Of a DNA stretch of 45,168 bases, positions 30,701-42,500 are shown piece by piece. Every line of letters starts with the position of its first letter. The first letter of the stretch is position 1. The DNA comes from Desulfuromonadales bacterium (lineage in GTDB: Bacteria > Desulfobacterota > Desulfuromonadia > Desulfuromonadales > SZUA-540): NCBI GenBank assembly GCA_033549025.1, contig JAWSUS010000024.1, positions 1-45,168 of the forward strand, written 5' to 3'. The position numbers were made by a program, and so were the translations under genes. The notes beneath the pieces are model-generated. The model worked only from the letters and a program-made list of their open reading frames with translations, had not been told where the DNA came from and did no database searches.

Positions 30701-31887
30701 CGGGAAGGGTTAAGAGCGTCAGCCTGCAGCTCCCCGCGGAGGCTGAAGCCCTGACTCCACCCGAGGGCCAGGTCGCCGGCAACCTCGCCCTCGAGCCAAC
30801 GCCCCCGCAGATCACGAATGAAAAGGCCCTCCCTGTCGCCTTCCACCTTGCCGGCCAAGGCAACCTCCTCCCAGGCGGGCCGGTTGTTGGCGAGGTCAAA
30901 CCGTCCCGAGTAGCCGGACAGGGAGCCCTGCAGGGAAAGCTGGCCGGACAGGGCGGTGGCGTAGCCCAGTTCAGGCGTGAGATCCCAGGCGATCAGCTGC
31001 AGATCGGCCCCCAGCCAGGGCTCGCTCTCGGCGAAGTGAAGCTCTGCGCGTCCCTGGGCCTGGCCGCTGTGCTCCCCATGCGTCAGGATTCCATCCTCCC
31101 AAAGTAAGCGGTCGGCAAAGAGAGACAGTTTTCCTTCCAGCACACCGACAGGCCTCTCGTCATCAGAGGCAGCAAGTTCCAGCCGGACCGCCAGCAGGGC
31201 GTCTTTCACGGTAATGGGCAGCAGGGAAAGGCTCAGGCGGTTCACCTCATGAACAGGCCGGGGCAATTGCGCCTGCAGGGATCCTTCGAGGGAGGGCTGC
31301 AGCAGATCGGTGCGAACAAAACCCTGGAGACGGCCGGCGCTGCTATCCAGAGACAACTGCTCCAGGGCCACCTTTCCCTTGTCCAGCCCCAGCCGTGCCC
31401 GCAGACTGCCGGCCAAAATTTCCTGTCCGGCGCGTTCGAGGGCGATATCCTGCAACCCCAGATGGTCGATCCGGACTTTCACTCTTTTGAAAAATTTGGG
31501 GAAATCGGGCCATCGCAGGACAATGGGGCTTTCAGGAGAGACGCGTTCCTTTTCGGCTGCCGGCAATCGGATCACGGCCTGCTTCAGTTCCAGCGCGGTC
31601 AGATGAAGTCGGCCGATCAAAAGATCACGGGGTTGCCAATCCAGGTGAAACGCGGCGGCTTCGATCTCACCGTCGGCCCAGCGCAGCTGAACTCCCTCAA
31701 GGACCAGGTTGTCCGTCAGGCTGCCCTGCACCTGCCTGACCTGCAAATCCACCGCGCTCGAACGCGCCGTCAGACTCAGAAGCCAGGACGCCCCGGCCGT
31801 GGTACGCAGCAGCCAGCCGACGAAAACCACTATCCCTGCCATGAGCAGCAGGAAAAGAGACAGGAGCACTTTTTGGCGGATCGACAT
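27736..31887 (-). CDS. tamB: Translocation and assembly module TamB (DUF490)
   Basis: N-terminal TM anchor, long beta-rich body and C-terminal TIGKYLSPRLYISL...SGADLFYKVEF. TAATG overlap with tamA; alternative start 31893. Confidence 0.92.
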   Translation of the reverse strand: MSIRQKVLLSLFLLLMAGIVVFVGWLLRTTAGASWLLSLTARSSAVDLQVRQVQGSLTDNLVLEGVQLRWADGEIEAAAFHLDWQPRDLLIGRLHLTALELKQAVIRLPAAEKERVSPESPIVLRWPDFPKFFKRVKVRIDHLGLQDIALERAGQEILAGSLRARLGLDKGKVALEQLSLDSSAGRLQGFVRTDLLQPSLEGSLQAQLPRPVHEVNRLSLSLLPITVKDALLAVRLELAASDDERPVGVLEGKLSLFADRLLWEDGILTHGEHSGQAQGRAELHFAESEPWLGADLQLIAWDLTPELGYATALSGQLSLQGSLSGYSGRFDLANNRPAWEEVALAGKVEGDREGLFIRDLRGRWLEGEVAGDLALGWSQGFSLRGELQADALNPSRIGPSWPAGPVEVDTRLDIDKGNLQAIFLRLQGQGADVRLQAESLERIDVFVALSAEQTLLPVEIHQGGINGWVGWGDGQPFGTLAIRSSRLAGYGLGVDGLDLSLSRFDRDAPFNVALETAQLAYGRLAFDGLRATLQGDLARHEGRAELRWPTGQGVLALRGSYAEKRWRAAVHRLGWEDAEAGTWDLEDRAEFHWSREEFGLTPLALTSPQGGRVQVEGTVEVSPLVISSQAQWQDLNLALLNTWSKELAVAGKSTGSLHLERFGAEAGRVLLHTETAGSLEQKGQRVAFRDIRIDADWNSAGLQGEGQVLLSKGKVAARILSQQPASFSLPSDYDFSLTWQDLHLDQFALLLKPLETDAILSGRLQGRYGEGTGLVLDGTNDFSGSFLLGDLHLEARAASVGLVWDSRRFGFEGDVLFEEGGSLSAHLESEQEQAGKPFTLPREGSVAIEWSRLDLIAVQPYLPLGMDLLGTLSGEVRGRWLDRWELDLTASTSIQDGLLQYHDDQGLVSVPLRESRFSLTWQKEHLRGEVSLALAEHGEGHGAFSIPLGARLPTCLQKKAPLQGELVLSAREKGLLAAVMPGVIQESQGQVQLDLRLGGTWLAPELTGQVGLTGGGAYVPAAGILVKDVELEARFDDRRVNIVAFRCESGGGTLAGEGTILLEQWRLADYRFSLQGNRFEVIRLPELQVKASPDLVITGSQGRTSVTGEVQVPEILVFDRQAPSTLRASHDVVIVGLEEDAEKVRPWQVDGRVRFVLGDRALVKVGGVDARLEGAVTVTMQGLDRITAQGQISVADGAYAAYGLRLDIDRGSIVFGGGPVDQPSLDILALRHVGEVKAGVQISGTPRAPVVKLYSDPFMADTDVLSYVVLGRPLEGERGDSSGLMLAAGALLTKGESAVLQDKIRRRFGLDVLDIQAGNGDVETSMVTIGKYLSPRLYISLGHSLFTQTNEVRLRYDISKRWQLETEMGTVSGADLFYKVEFH

Positions 31888-33659
31888 TACCATCCGACCC
31901 CCAGACTGATATGGAAACGGTAACCGGGGTCATCCACGCCGACCTGCCGGGCGACATCCAACCGCACAGGGCCTACGAGAGTGTAGCGACGCACGCCGAT
32001 GCCGACGCCCTGGGCCCAGGTGATGCCCGTGAGGGTGTCATAGGCGTTGCCCGCGTCATAAAAAATCGCCACCCCCCAATTTTCAAACAAGGCCCGCTCC
32101 AGTTCCAGACTGCCGACGAGCAGATGCTTGCCGCCAACAACCTCCCCTTCCGAATCAACCGGTCCGAGGGACTGATAGCGGTAGCCGCGGACGCTGTTGT
32201 CGCCTCCGGCGAAAAACCTCAGGGAGGCGGGCACCTCCTCAATCGGGTCTTTCTGCCAGGTTGCCGCACCTTCCACCCGGGCAATCAGGGAGAGGCGAAA
32301 CGGCAAGGGTCTCAAGACATTGGCCCGAATCCACCCCTGCAGCAGGCTGGTATCGGACCCGAAGCTGTCGTGGGCTCCGCGGATTTCAGCCCGCAGATGA
32401 AATCCCTTGCGCGGCCTAACCGTATCGTCATAGCGACGGGCAGAATAACGCAGACCGGGAATCACCATACGGGAGCGGGAGTCTTCGCCGCCGATGGTGT
32501 AATCTTCCTGCAACAGGCGCAAGAAGACCGAGCCGAGACGTCCCCGCCCCATGGCATAGACCCGCTCGCCTTCGGCAAAGATGGAGCGCGTGGTATAGGT
32601 GTCGATATCCTCCCTTTCCACACCCAGGCGAAAAACGGTGTGCGCCTCCTTGTTGCGATAGCTGGGGATAGTGTAACTCGAGGTGAGAAATTGCTTATAT
32701 TCGGCGATCATCAGGTCGGCGTTCAGTTCGTGGCCAAGATGCAAACTGTTCACGTCCTTGTATTTCAAAGTGAAGCGGGCGCCGGAATCCGTGCCGTAGC
32801 CAACCCCGGGCCGCAACCGCCGGCGGGGCGACGGAGTCAACTGGATGTTGACCGGAACCCGCTGATCCACCGCCGCTTCCAGTCCGGGCGTGATGACCAC
32901 CTCCCGGAAGCGGTCTGAATCCAGAAAGTTCAACTGGGTCTGTCCCAGCTTTTCATAGGAAAATACGTTGCCCGGCTTGAAGGCCAGGTAGCGATGGAAA
33001 AAACGTTCGGGGAAGTTGGGGGCGCCTTCAAAAAACACCAGGCCGAAATAGGTCAGAGGGCCTGTTTCGAGCACCAGTCGGATATCGGCTGAATAGATTG
33101 TTGGATCGACCAGAATTTCGTGTATGCGATACTCTGCCTGCAGGTAACCGCTGTCAATGGCCCGTGCCTTCAGGGCCCCCTTGCCCTCTTCGTAAAGATC
33201 ATGACGAAGGGGGTCGCCCCGGCGCAGCGGGAACCGGCCCAGCAACTCCTTAAGACGCCTGTCATTGGCTCCCGCCCCCTCCAGAACCAGATCCACCGAA
33301 TCGATGAGGACCGGCTTCCCCGCAACAATCCGCACATTCAAAAGAAGGCCCTGGGCACTTTCGGCGGTTTCGGCGCTGATCTGCGGCGAATAATACCCAT
33401 AGGGCTCCATGGCCTTGCGTACCTTGTCCGGCACCTGTCCAACAAAGTGGTTCAGCCAGCGCCGATCCACCTGGCCATTACGGACCAGTCCCGTCGGCAG
33501 GGTCAGAGCAGCCTCGACGTTCTGCAGCATCTCCCCTTCGACCCCGGAAACGTTTACACGCAAGGGTTCGGCCGCCTCCACCGGCATCGACAGCCAGAAA
33601 AGCGGTAGACAGAAAAGAAAAAGGATAAGTCTTAGATGAAAGAAGTTACGCAAACGCAC
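31887..33659 (-). CDS. tamA: Translocation and assembly module outer-membrane subunit TamA (Omp85 family)
   Basis: Signal peptide, POTRA-like repeats (PYGYY, DSGY), GVGYGTDSG, Omp85 motif RFFAGGDNSVRGY and GPVRLDVA. Confidence 0.93.
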   Translation of the reverse strand: MRLRNFFHLRLILFLFCLPLFWLSMPVEAAEPLRVNVSGVEGEMLQNVEAALTLPTGLVRNGQVDRRWLNHFVGQVPDKVRKAMEPYGYYSPQISAETAESAQGLLLNVRIVAGKPVLIDSVDLVLEGAGANDRRLKELLGRFPLRRGDPLRHDLYEEGKGALKARAIDSGYLQAEYRIHEILVDPTIYSADIRLVLETGPLTYFGLVFFEGAPNFPERFFHRYLAFKPGNVFSYEKLGQTQLNFLDSDRFREVVITPGLEAAVDQRVPVNIQLTPSPRRRLRPGVGYGTDSGARFTLKYKDVNSLHLGHELNADLMIAEYKQFLTSSYTIPSYRNKEAHTVFRLGVEREDIDTYTTRSIFAEGERVYAMGRGRLGSVFLRLLQEDYTIGGEDSRSRMVIPGLRYSARRYDDTVRPRKGFHLRAEIRGAHDSFGSDTSLLQGWIRANVLRPLPFRLSLIARVEGAATWQKDPIEEVPASLRFFAGGDNSVRGYRYQSLGPVDSEGEVVGGKHLLVGSLELERALFENWGVAIFYDAGNAYDTLTGITWAQGVGIGVRRYTLVGPVRLDVARQVGVDDPGYRFHISLGVGW

Positions 33660-33848
33660 ACCTGAAAGAGAAAATCCGTTGGCCGTTTCCCGTCAGCAGG
33701 TCCGGGGAACCCACCGCACCATATCGATGCGAACCCTCTTCTGCATGGATACACCAAGGCCAGCAGGGCGTAAAGCACCAAAAAACCCTACCCGCCCCTC
33801 AACCAATTTCCCATAGGCAAAATTTTTTTTTTGGCTATAATGGCCGCC

Positions 33849-34802
33849 ATGTTGACACGAATCATATTTCTATTGTTGGTGACCAACCTGGTCTTTCCCC
33901 CCTCGGCCCAAAGCTGGTACCCCCGCCTGGTCGAGGACTCATACATCGCTTCGCTCGATGCCCCCCAGATCGTCGGGAAGAATCGTCCCTATTACCTGGG
34001 GCCTGACGAAGATCTCATTCGGCTGGCCTGGCGAAGCGGCCTCGGTTACAAGGCCTTGCTTCATGCCAATCCCGGCGTGGACCCCTGGCTGCCAAAACCC
34101 GGCACCGAAATCACTCTGCCCTACAGCATGATTCTCCCCGACGGGCTCACCCCGGGCATTACTATTAATCTAGCCGAACTGAGGCTGTATTTCATCTGGG
34201 AAGAAGACCAACAGCTGCGGGTGCGTACCTATCCCATTTCCGTCGGCGCCGAAGGCCTCGATACGCCGGAAGGACTATTTTCCGTCAAGAACCGCGTCCA
34301 AAACCCCTCATGGACCGCGCCGGCGTCTGTGCGGGAAGAACGGCCCGACGGTCCTTTGACCGTACCGCCCGGACCCGAAAATCCGCTGGGAGATTACTGG
34401 ATTGGTCTTTCCATTCCTGGCTATGGGATTCATGGCACCAACAAGCCCCTTGGTGTCGGCCGTCGCGTCAGTCATGGCTGCATCCGGCTCTACCCCGAAG
34501 ACGTCAAAGATCTGTTCCCCCGGGTAAAGGTCGGTACACCGGTTCGCATCATCTATCAGCCCATCAAGATGGCCGTTAGTGGCGGTGTTCTGCTGGCTGA
34601 AATCCACGACGACTTTCTTGAACGAGTCGGAGATCCCCTGAACGAGTCCCTTCGTCTGCGGCACGCTCTCGACTGGAAAGGCCCTATCGATTGGCCGGAA
34701 CTTGAAAAGGCCCTGCAGGAAGCGCGCGGCATTCCTCTCCCAATTTCCAGCCCAGCTGAGTCCTTCGCTCCTCTCGTTCTGGATGCGAAAGTCAGCTACT
34801 GA
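33849..34802 (+). CDS. L,D-transpeptidase, ErfK/YbiS/YcfS/YnhG family
   Basis: Signal peptide, LysM-like ANPGVDPWLP, INLAELRLY, VPPGPENPLG and catalytic IHGTN...SHGCIRL. Confidence 0.93.
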   Translation: MLTRIIFLLLVTNLVFPPSAQSWYPRLVEDSYIASLDAPQIVGKNRPYYLGPDEDLIRLAWRSGLGYKALLHANPGVDPWLPKPGTEITLPYSMILPDGLTPGITINLAELRLYFIWEEDQQLRVRTYPISVGAEGLDTPEGLFSVKNRVQNPSWTAPASVREERPDGPLTVPPGPENPLGDYWIGLSIPGYGIHGTNKPLGVGRRVSHGCIRLYPEDVKDLFPRVKVGTPVRIIYQPIKMAVSGGVLLAEIHDDFLERVGDPLNESLRLRHALDWKGPIDWPELEKALQEARGIPLPISSPAESFAPLVLDAKVSY

Positions 34803-34812
34803 CATTTCCAAC

Positions 34813-34853
34813 AAAAAAGGCGGAGCACCGTATGTAACGGGTCTCCGCCTTTT
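34813..34853. terminator. Bidirectional terminator between the convergent ldt and lipoprotein genes
   Basis: A6-GGCGGAG...CTCCGCC-T4. Confidence 0.75.
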
Positions 34854-34876
34854 CTCTATTCACGTGTAAAATCGAA

Positions 34877-35185
34877 TTACTTTTTAAGGCCCATTTCGAA
34901 GGCTTTCAGAGCCTTGTCAGCGCTGTCCTTAGCCTGATCGGCGCTGGCCTGAGCATCCGTAGCAGCAGCTTCAGCGCGAGCAGCGGCGGCGTCAGCCTTG
35001 GCAGCAGCAGACTCGGCGCGGGTAGCGGCAGCCTCAGCGGTCTGGGCCGACTGAGAGGCCGACTTGCTGGCCTGGAGAGCTTCGTTCATCAAATCTTTGT
35101 CTGCCTGAGAGAGTTGTGCGGAGCAGCCCGTCATGAGAAGCATTCCCAGTCCTGCTGCACCCAAAGCCATTTTGAATTTGTTCAT
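34877..35185 (-). CDS. Small alanine-zipper lipoprotein, Lpp/OprI-like, ending in Lys-Lys
   Basis: Lipobox LMTGC, Ala-rich coiled coil (AEAAATRAESAAAKADAAAARAEAAA), C-terminus GLKK and SD AGGAGG. Confidence 0.85.
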   Translation of the reverse strand: MNKFKMALGAAGLGMLLMTGCSAQLSQADKDLMNEALQASKSASQSAQTAEAAATRAESAAAKADAAAARAEAAATDAQASADQAKDSADKALKAFEMGLKK

Positions 35186-35227
35186 GTTTTTCCTCCTTTT
35201 AAATTTTTGGCTACATGGAACTGCTAT

Positions 35228-35256
35228 AAATTAAGCAGGTTCTGATCGCCTGTCAA
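35228..35256 (-). promoter_or_regulatory. Sigma70 promoter for the lipoprotein gene
   Basis: TTGACA-N17-TAATTT with AT-rich upstream DNA. Confidence 0.65.
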
Positions 35257-35316
35257 TGACTAATTAAGATTAATTTCTGAAAAACCCCTACCCTAACCTG
35301 CTTTTTTGCCTAAAAA

Positions 35317-36819
35317 TCAGGGGCGTACAGGACCCTGCAGCAAGGAGGCGCCTGAGCGTTCGACCATGCCACGGAGCATCCCCTTGAATACAGGCACATG
35401 GAATGGATAGACCAGGTACCAGTAGATTATTCCCCATATGCCGCGGGGAAGGAATCGAGCGGTCTGGCGGAGTTCGGTTTTGCCTTCGCCGACGCTTTTC
35501 AAGGAAAACTCCAGAACCGCTTCGCCGGGCAGTTTCATCTCCGCCACCAGCAACAGAGACCGGGGAGGATCAACCCGCTGCACGCGCCAGAAATCAATCA
35601 CATCACCAGGCAGGATTTCTTCATCGTCCCGGCGACCGCGACTCAGCCCGACACCGCCGATCAGCCGGTCGATCACCCCACGCAGCCGCCACAACCAATC
35701 GGCATAGTACCAGCCTGTAGAACCGCCGATACCCCTGATGATAGGCCAGAGCTTATCCGGATTCCCCTCGACCACGACACGCCAGCAGTCTTCGTAGTGC
35801 GTCCCTCCGGCCCATTGGGGATCGCCGGGATCACTCCATTCGGCCGGGGGCATTTCGCCCGCTTCCCGCCAGGAACTTTCCACCGTCTGCTGCTTCACCC
35901 GTTCCAGGGCCAGGGCAATCGCCTCACGGCAATTTAGAAGAGTCTGCGGCACAAGGGTGCGAATATCGTCATTCCGGCAGGTGACGGGATTACGCAGGCC
36001 CTCTGCCAGAGGGCGCGCCAAAGCCGCCGGCACCGGCGTCACCAGATGAATCCAGTAGGAACTGAGTCGGGGAGTAAGAACAGGAACGGGCAGGACAAGA
36101 CGCTTTTTCAGGCCGGCCTCCTCCGCGTAGATTTCCATCAGGCGCCGGTAGGTCACCACCTCGGATTGCCCAATGTCGAAGGTCTTGTCCAGCGCCTGCG
36201 GGTTATCCAGCACCCCCATAAGATAGTTAAGGACATTCCTGACCGCGATGGGCTGGCAGGGCGTATCGATCCAGCGGGGCGTGACCATGACGGGCAATCG
36301 ATCCACCAGGTAGCGTAAAATTTCAAACGAAGCGCTGCCCGACCCGATCACCATGGCGGCGCGCAGCACCGTCACCGGCACCGAACCCCGCTGCAGAATG
36401 GCCGCCACCTCGTGCCGGGAAACAAGATGCTGGCTGAGATCGGCGGATTCTTCTCCCAGCCCACCCAGATAAATAATCTGCTGCACCCCGGCCAAGCGCG
36501 AGGCTTCTACCATATTTTCCGCCGCCAGACGATCGGCTGAACCGAAACTTTTGACTTTCGGGTTCATCGAGTGAACCAGATAATAAGCCGCTCGGCATCC
36601 GAAGAGAGCCCGTTTCATATCAGCCAGATTGAGCACATCGCCTTCGGCAACATCGAGGTTCGGATGGTGTCCCCATGAACGTTGCCATATTTTTTGGGCA
36701 GACCGCGCCAGCACCCGCACGCGGTGCCCCTCTTTCAGCAGGCGTGGCACCAGTCGGCTGCCAATATAGCCTGTTCCCCCGCTGACCAGAACGGGTCGCT
36801 GATCGTTATGTTCCGTCAT
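35317..36819 (-). CDS. Atypical SDR/NAD(P)-binding protein with C-terminal DUF2867 (YbjT-like)
   Basis: VSGGTGYIGSRL, YYLVHSM, SQHLVSRHEV, GSGSASFE, DFWRV and AEMKLPG. Confidence 0.88.
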   Translation of the reverse strand: MTEHNDQRPVLVSGGTGYIGSRLVPRLLKEGHRVRVLARSAQKIWQRSWGHHPNLDVAEGDVLNLADMKRALFGCRAAYYLVHSMNPKVKSFGSADRLAAENMVEASRLAGVQQIIYLGGLGEESADLSQHLVSRHEVAAILQRGSVPVTVLRAAMVIGSGSASFEILRYLVDRLPVMVTPRWIDTPCQPIAVRNVLNYLMGVLDNPQALDKTFDIGQSEVVTYRRLMEIYAEEAGLKKRLVLPVPVLTPRLSSYWIHLVTPVPAALARPLAEGLRNPVTCRNDDIRTLVPQTLLNCREAIALALERVKQQTVESSWREAGEMPPAEWSDPGDPQWAGGTHYEDCWRVVVEGNPDKLWPIIRGIGGSTGWYYADWLWRLRGVIDRLIGGVGLSRGRRDDEEILPGDVIDFWRVQRVDPPRSLLLVAEMKLPGEAVLEFSLKSVGEGKTELRQTARFLPRGIWGIIYWYLVYPFHVPVFKGMLRGMVERSGASLLQGPVRP

Positions 36820-36897
36820 ATTACTTTCCTTGCGATTACTTGCTGTTTCAGTCTGTTTAATCCCCATGAACGGCTTGCCAAAAGACGGTAAAAAGGC

Positions 36898-36926
36898 TTG
36901 GCATTAAATGACCGTCCTGATAGTAT
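36898..36926 (+). promoter_or_regulatory. Putative promoter for the hybrid kinase
   Basis: TTGGCA-N17-TAGTAT with a TG extension. Confidence 0.5.
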
Positions 36927-37011
36927 ACCAACGCTTTAAGACTGTAGCAGAAAGCCCCTGCATGCCCCCTAAAGCTGCACAAAGATCTCTTTTCACGTAG
37001 AAAGATTTTCT

Positions 37012-39459
<2,448 letters not shown>

Positions 39460-39515
39460 TCATTTGGTTCGTTCTATTCACTCATGTGTTTTTAAATTGT
39501 CCGGAATTTTGCCCC

Positions 39516-42500
39516 ATGGCCAAAACATCCAAATTGATTTTTGCCACCCTGGCGGTCTGCGTCCTTCTCATGGCGCCCCTCGTTCTGGCAATACAGACCC
39601 TCGATAAAAAAGAGCCTGCATCGGTTCAGATCGAAGAAGCCATTCTCGCCGACCGGCCTGAAGGCGCCGAATCCCTGCAGGTCACCGTCAAAGGTCGGGG
39701 ATTCGACCGGGATACCCGCTTCTCGTTTTATCCGGACTACAGCAACAGAGGCGCCAACATCGGGTCGGCCTCCACCTGGGGAGCAGCCAACGCCCTGGCC
39801 ATCCGCGGCGACACGGCGTTTGTAGCGGTCGGCAAACAGGGGCTGCAGAGCTTCGACATCAGCGACCCTTCGAAATTACGGCCCTTGGGAGCCGTGCCTC
39901 TTGGGGGTGAAGACCCTTCAGCCTGGGACCTTTCCCTTGTCGGGGACATCGCCTATGTTTCTGCCGGAAAAGGCGGAATACAGTTATTCGACATCAAGAA
40001 TCCGACCCGGATCATCCCCCTGCATGTTGTCAATCTGCCGGCACCAACCTTCGGCATTGCCACAACCCCGAACCTGGCGATTGTCGCCAGCGGCAAAGCG
40101 GGATTGCACTTTTTGGATATCCGCGATTCGCGTTCCCCCCGCCTGGTCGCACAACTCGATCTTCCCGGGCATGCCTACGATGTCGTCATAAATGGGCACA
40201 TTGCCTACGTTGCCGACCTCAAGGGTTTTTTGCACATTATCGACATTACCGACCCAGCCAACCCCATTCTTCTCCATTCGTTCGAAACACCGGGCAAGTG
40301 TTTTGACCTGGATTATGCCGATGGAAAGATTTTTATCGCCGGCAGCCGTTCGGGTTTGCATATTTTCGATGTTTCCGACCCGAGCGATCCCCAGTGGCTC
40401 AGCAGCACCGACACTGAGGGAACAGCCCTAGGCGTCAGCATATTCGGTCATCAAGCTTTTGTGTGTGCAGGGATAAACGGTCTAAAAATTTATAATGTGA
40501 CCAACGCCGGGCGCCCCGTCCTTAAAGGAACTTGGGACACCCCGGGCAACGCCCGTCAGATGCATCTGACGGGTCGTTCAGCTTTTGTAGCCGATGCCCA
40601 TGAAGGTATTCAGGTTCTGAACATTGATAAAATCACAACACCCTCAATCGACGTTTATCCCACCCAGAAGGCGGGTGTAAGCGAACGAGCCGGACAAAGA
40701 GGACATTTGATTTTTAGCAGTCGAGAGAACATCCTGGAAGTGTTGGCACCCGATAGCCATGCCCCCTTTGAGATCATCGGCACCCTGCCCTATGAGGGAG
40801 AAACTATCGACACCGTTAGAGACCTGATGTATCAAAACTCACGACTTTACGTTGCCGATCCGAGTTACGGTATCCATATTTACGATATCACCAACCCCAG
40901 TGTTCTGAAGAAAATCGGCGGGCTTTTGACGGCAGGTGAAACGCAGGCCCTGGCGCTGACCGGTCACACTCTCTGTGTGGCTGACGGCGCCGCCGGACTT
41001 TTGTTGGTGGACGTCACGACCCCCCAAACCCCTGCGCCGATTGGACCGCCACTTATTTTGGGACGAGCCACCGCTGTCGCCGCCCGGCCGGGGTTGGCTG
41101 CGGTAGGTCTTGACGAGGCTGGCCTGCGCCTGATCGACATCAGCAATCCACTCCTGCCCAAAGTCATTGCCGCGGTTAACATTCCGGGCAATATCCGCGA
41201 CCTCATCCTCACGGAGAAATACCTTTATGTGACGGCCGAGTCCGGTGGCTTCCATATTATCGATATCGTTCACCCCCACCGTCCACAGCATCTGGCCACT
41301 CTCAAAACTCCCGGAGCGGCCATGAAAATGGACCTTTTTGAGAATACGATTTTCCTGGCCGGCGGGCCGGCAGGCTTACATATTATCGACGTCAACGAGC
41401 CGACGAACCCCCGCCTGCTCCATTCGATTCCGACTGAATTCAAACCTCAGGCGCTGGCTGTGTCCGTGGTCTGGCCGACCATTTATGTCGCTGGCGAAAA
41501 CTTTGAAAATAACGACCACCTGTTGGCCCTCAAACTGAACTCCCGTTTTGAGGAGATTTCACGTCAGATGATTCCCGCCATCTCCTACGTTTCTACCAGT
41601 CTGGCAAGCAATGAAACAAACCTGTTTTTGGGGGATGCAGTCTTGGGAATCCAGGCTTTCGGTATAAACGAGAAAAACCAGGAGGAGCTGTTATTTTCCC
41701 CCTCAGCCGCGATGCTTTTCAAGAAAATCGTTGTAAAAAACGACCTTGCCTATCTTCTCTACCAAAGGGGCGGGATAATGGTGGTCGACATCAGCAACCC
41801 TGATCACCTGCGGGTTAGGGGAAAGATTCCTTTATGGCTTGAAATTCCCGTCGATCTGGCGGTAGATGGTCAATGGATTTATCTCGTTGGCCGGAAGAAG
41901 GGCCTGCTAATTCTGGAGGCATCAGACTTGGAGAAAGCCCGGATTATCGGCACCCTGCCTACACCGGGGCAAGCCTCGGGCGTTGCCATTCGCAACAACC
42001 ATGCGTTTATTGCTGACAGTTCTGAAGGCTTGCAGATTGTCGATGTAAGCGACCGTTCGAATCCACGAATCGTTGCATCGGTCAAGCTCCCCTGGCCGCG
42101 GCGCGAATTTGCCTTCGCCATGGGTGTGGCACTGGAGGGATCATTTGCCTATGTAGCCAATGGCCCGGAAGGCATGATGGTGGTGGATATATCCCGCCTC
42201 GAAAAACCTCGCATTGTCAGCACGTTTAATACTCAGGGCTTTTCCAGTTGGGTGACCGTAAAAGATCGAAGGGCTTACCTGGCCGACACCAAGGCCGGCA
42301 TTCATGCTCTGGATGTTTCAGACCCCCACAACCCTGTCAGCACCGGCACCATTGGTTTGCCAGGAAATGCCAGAAACGGTGTCATTTGGCAGAATGAGGG
42401 CTTTTTTGCCAGCGTGGAGACCGGTCTGGTCAGGGCGCAGCTTCCGGCCTCGCCACTGAAAACGCAGATTATCAACCAAAACACCGCCAAGCTGACCTTG

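Noticed and set aside
34920..35080. Repetitive GCA/GCG-rich DNA considered as a tandem repeat or CRISPR array
   Set aside because: It is explained by alanine codons of the lipoprotein. I saw no repeat-spacer array or cas genes in the window.
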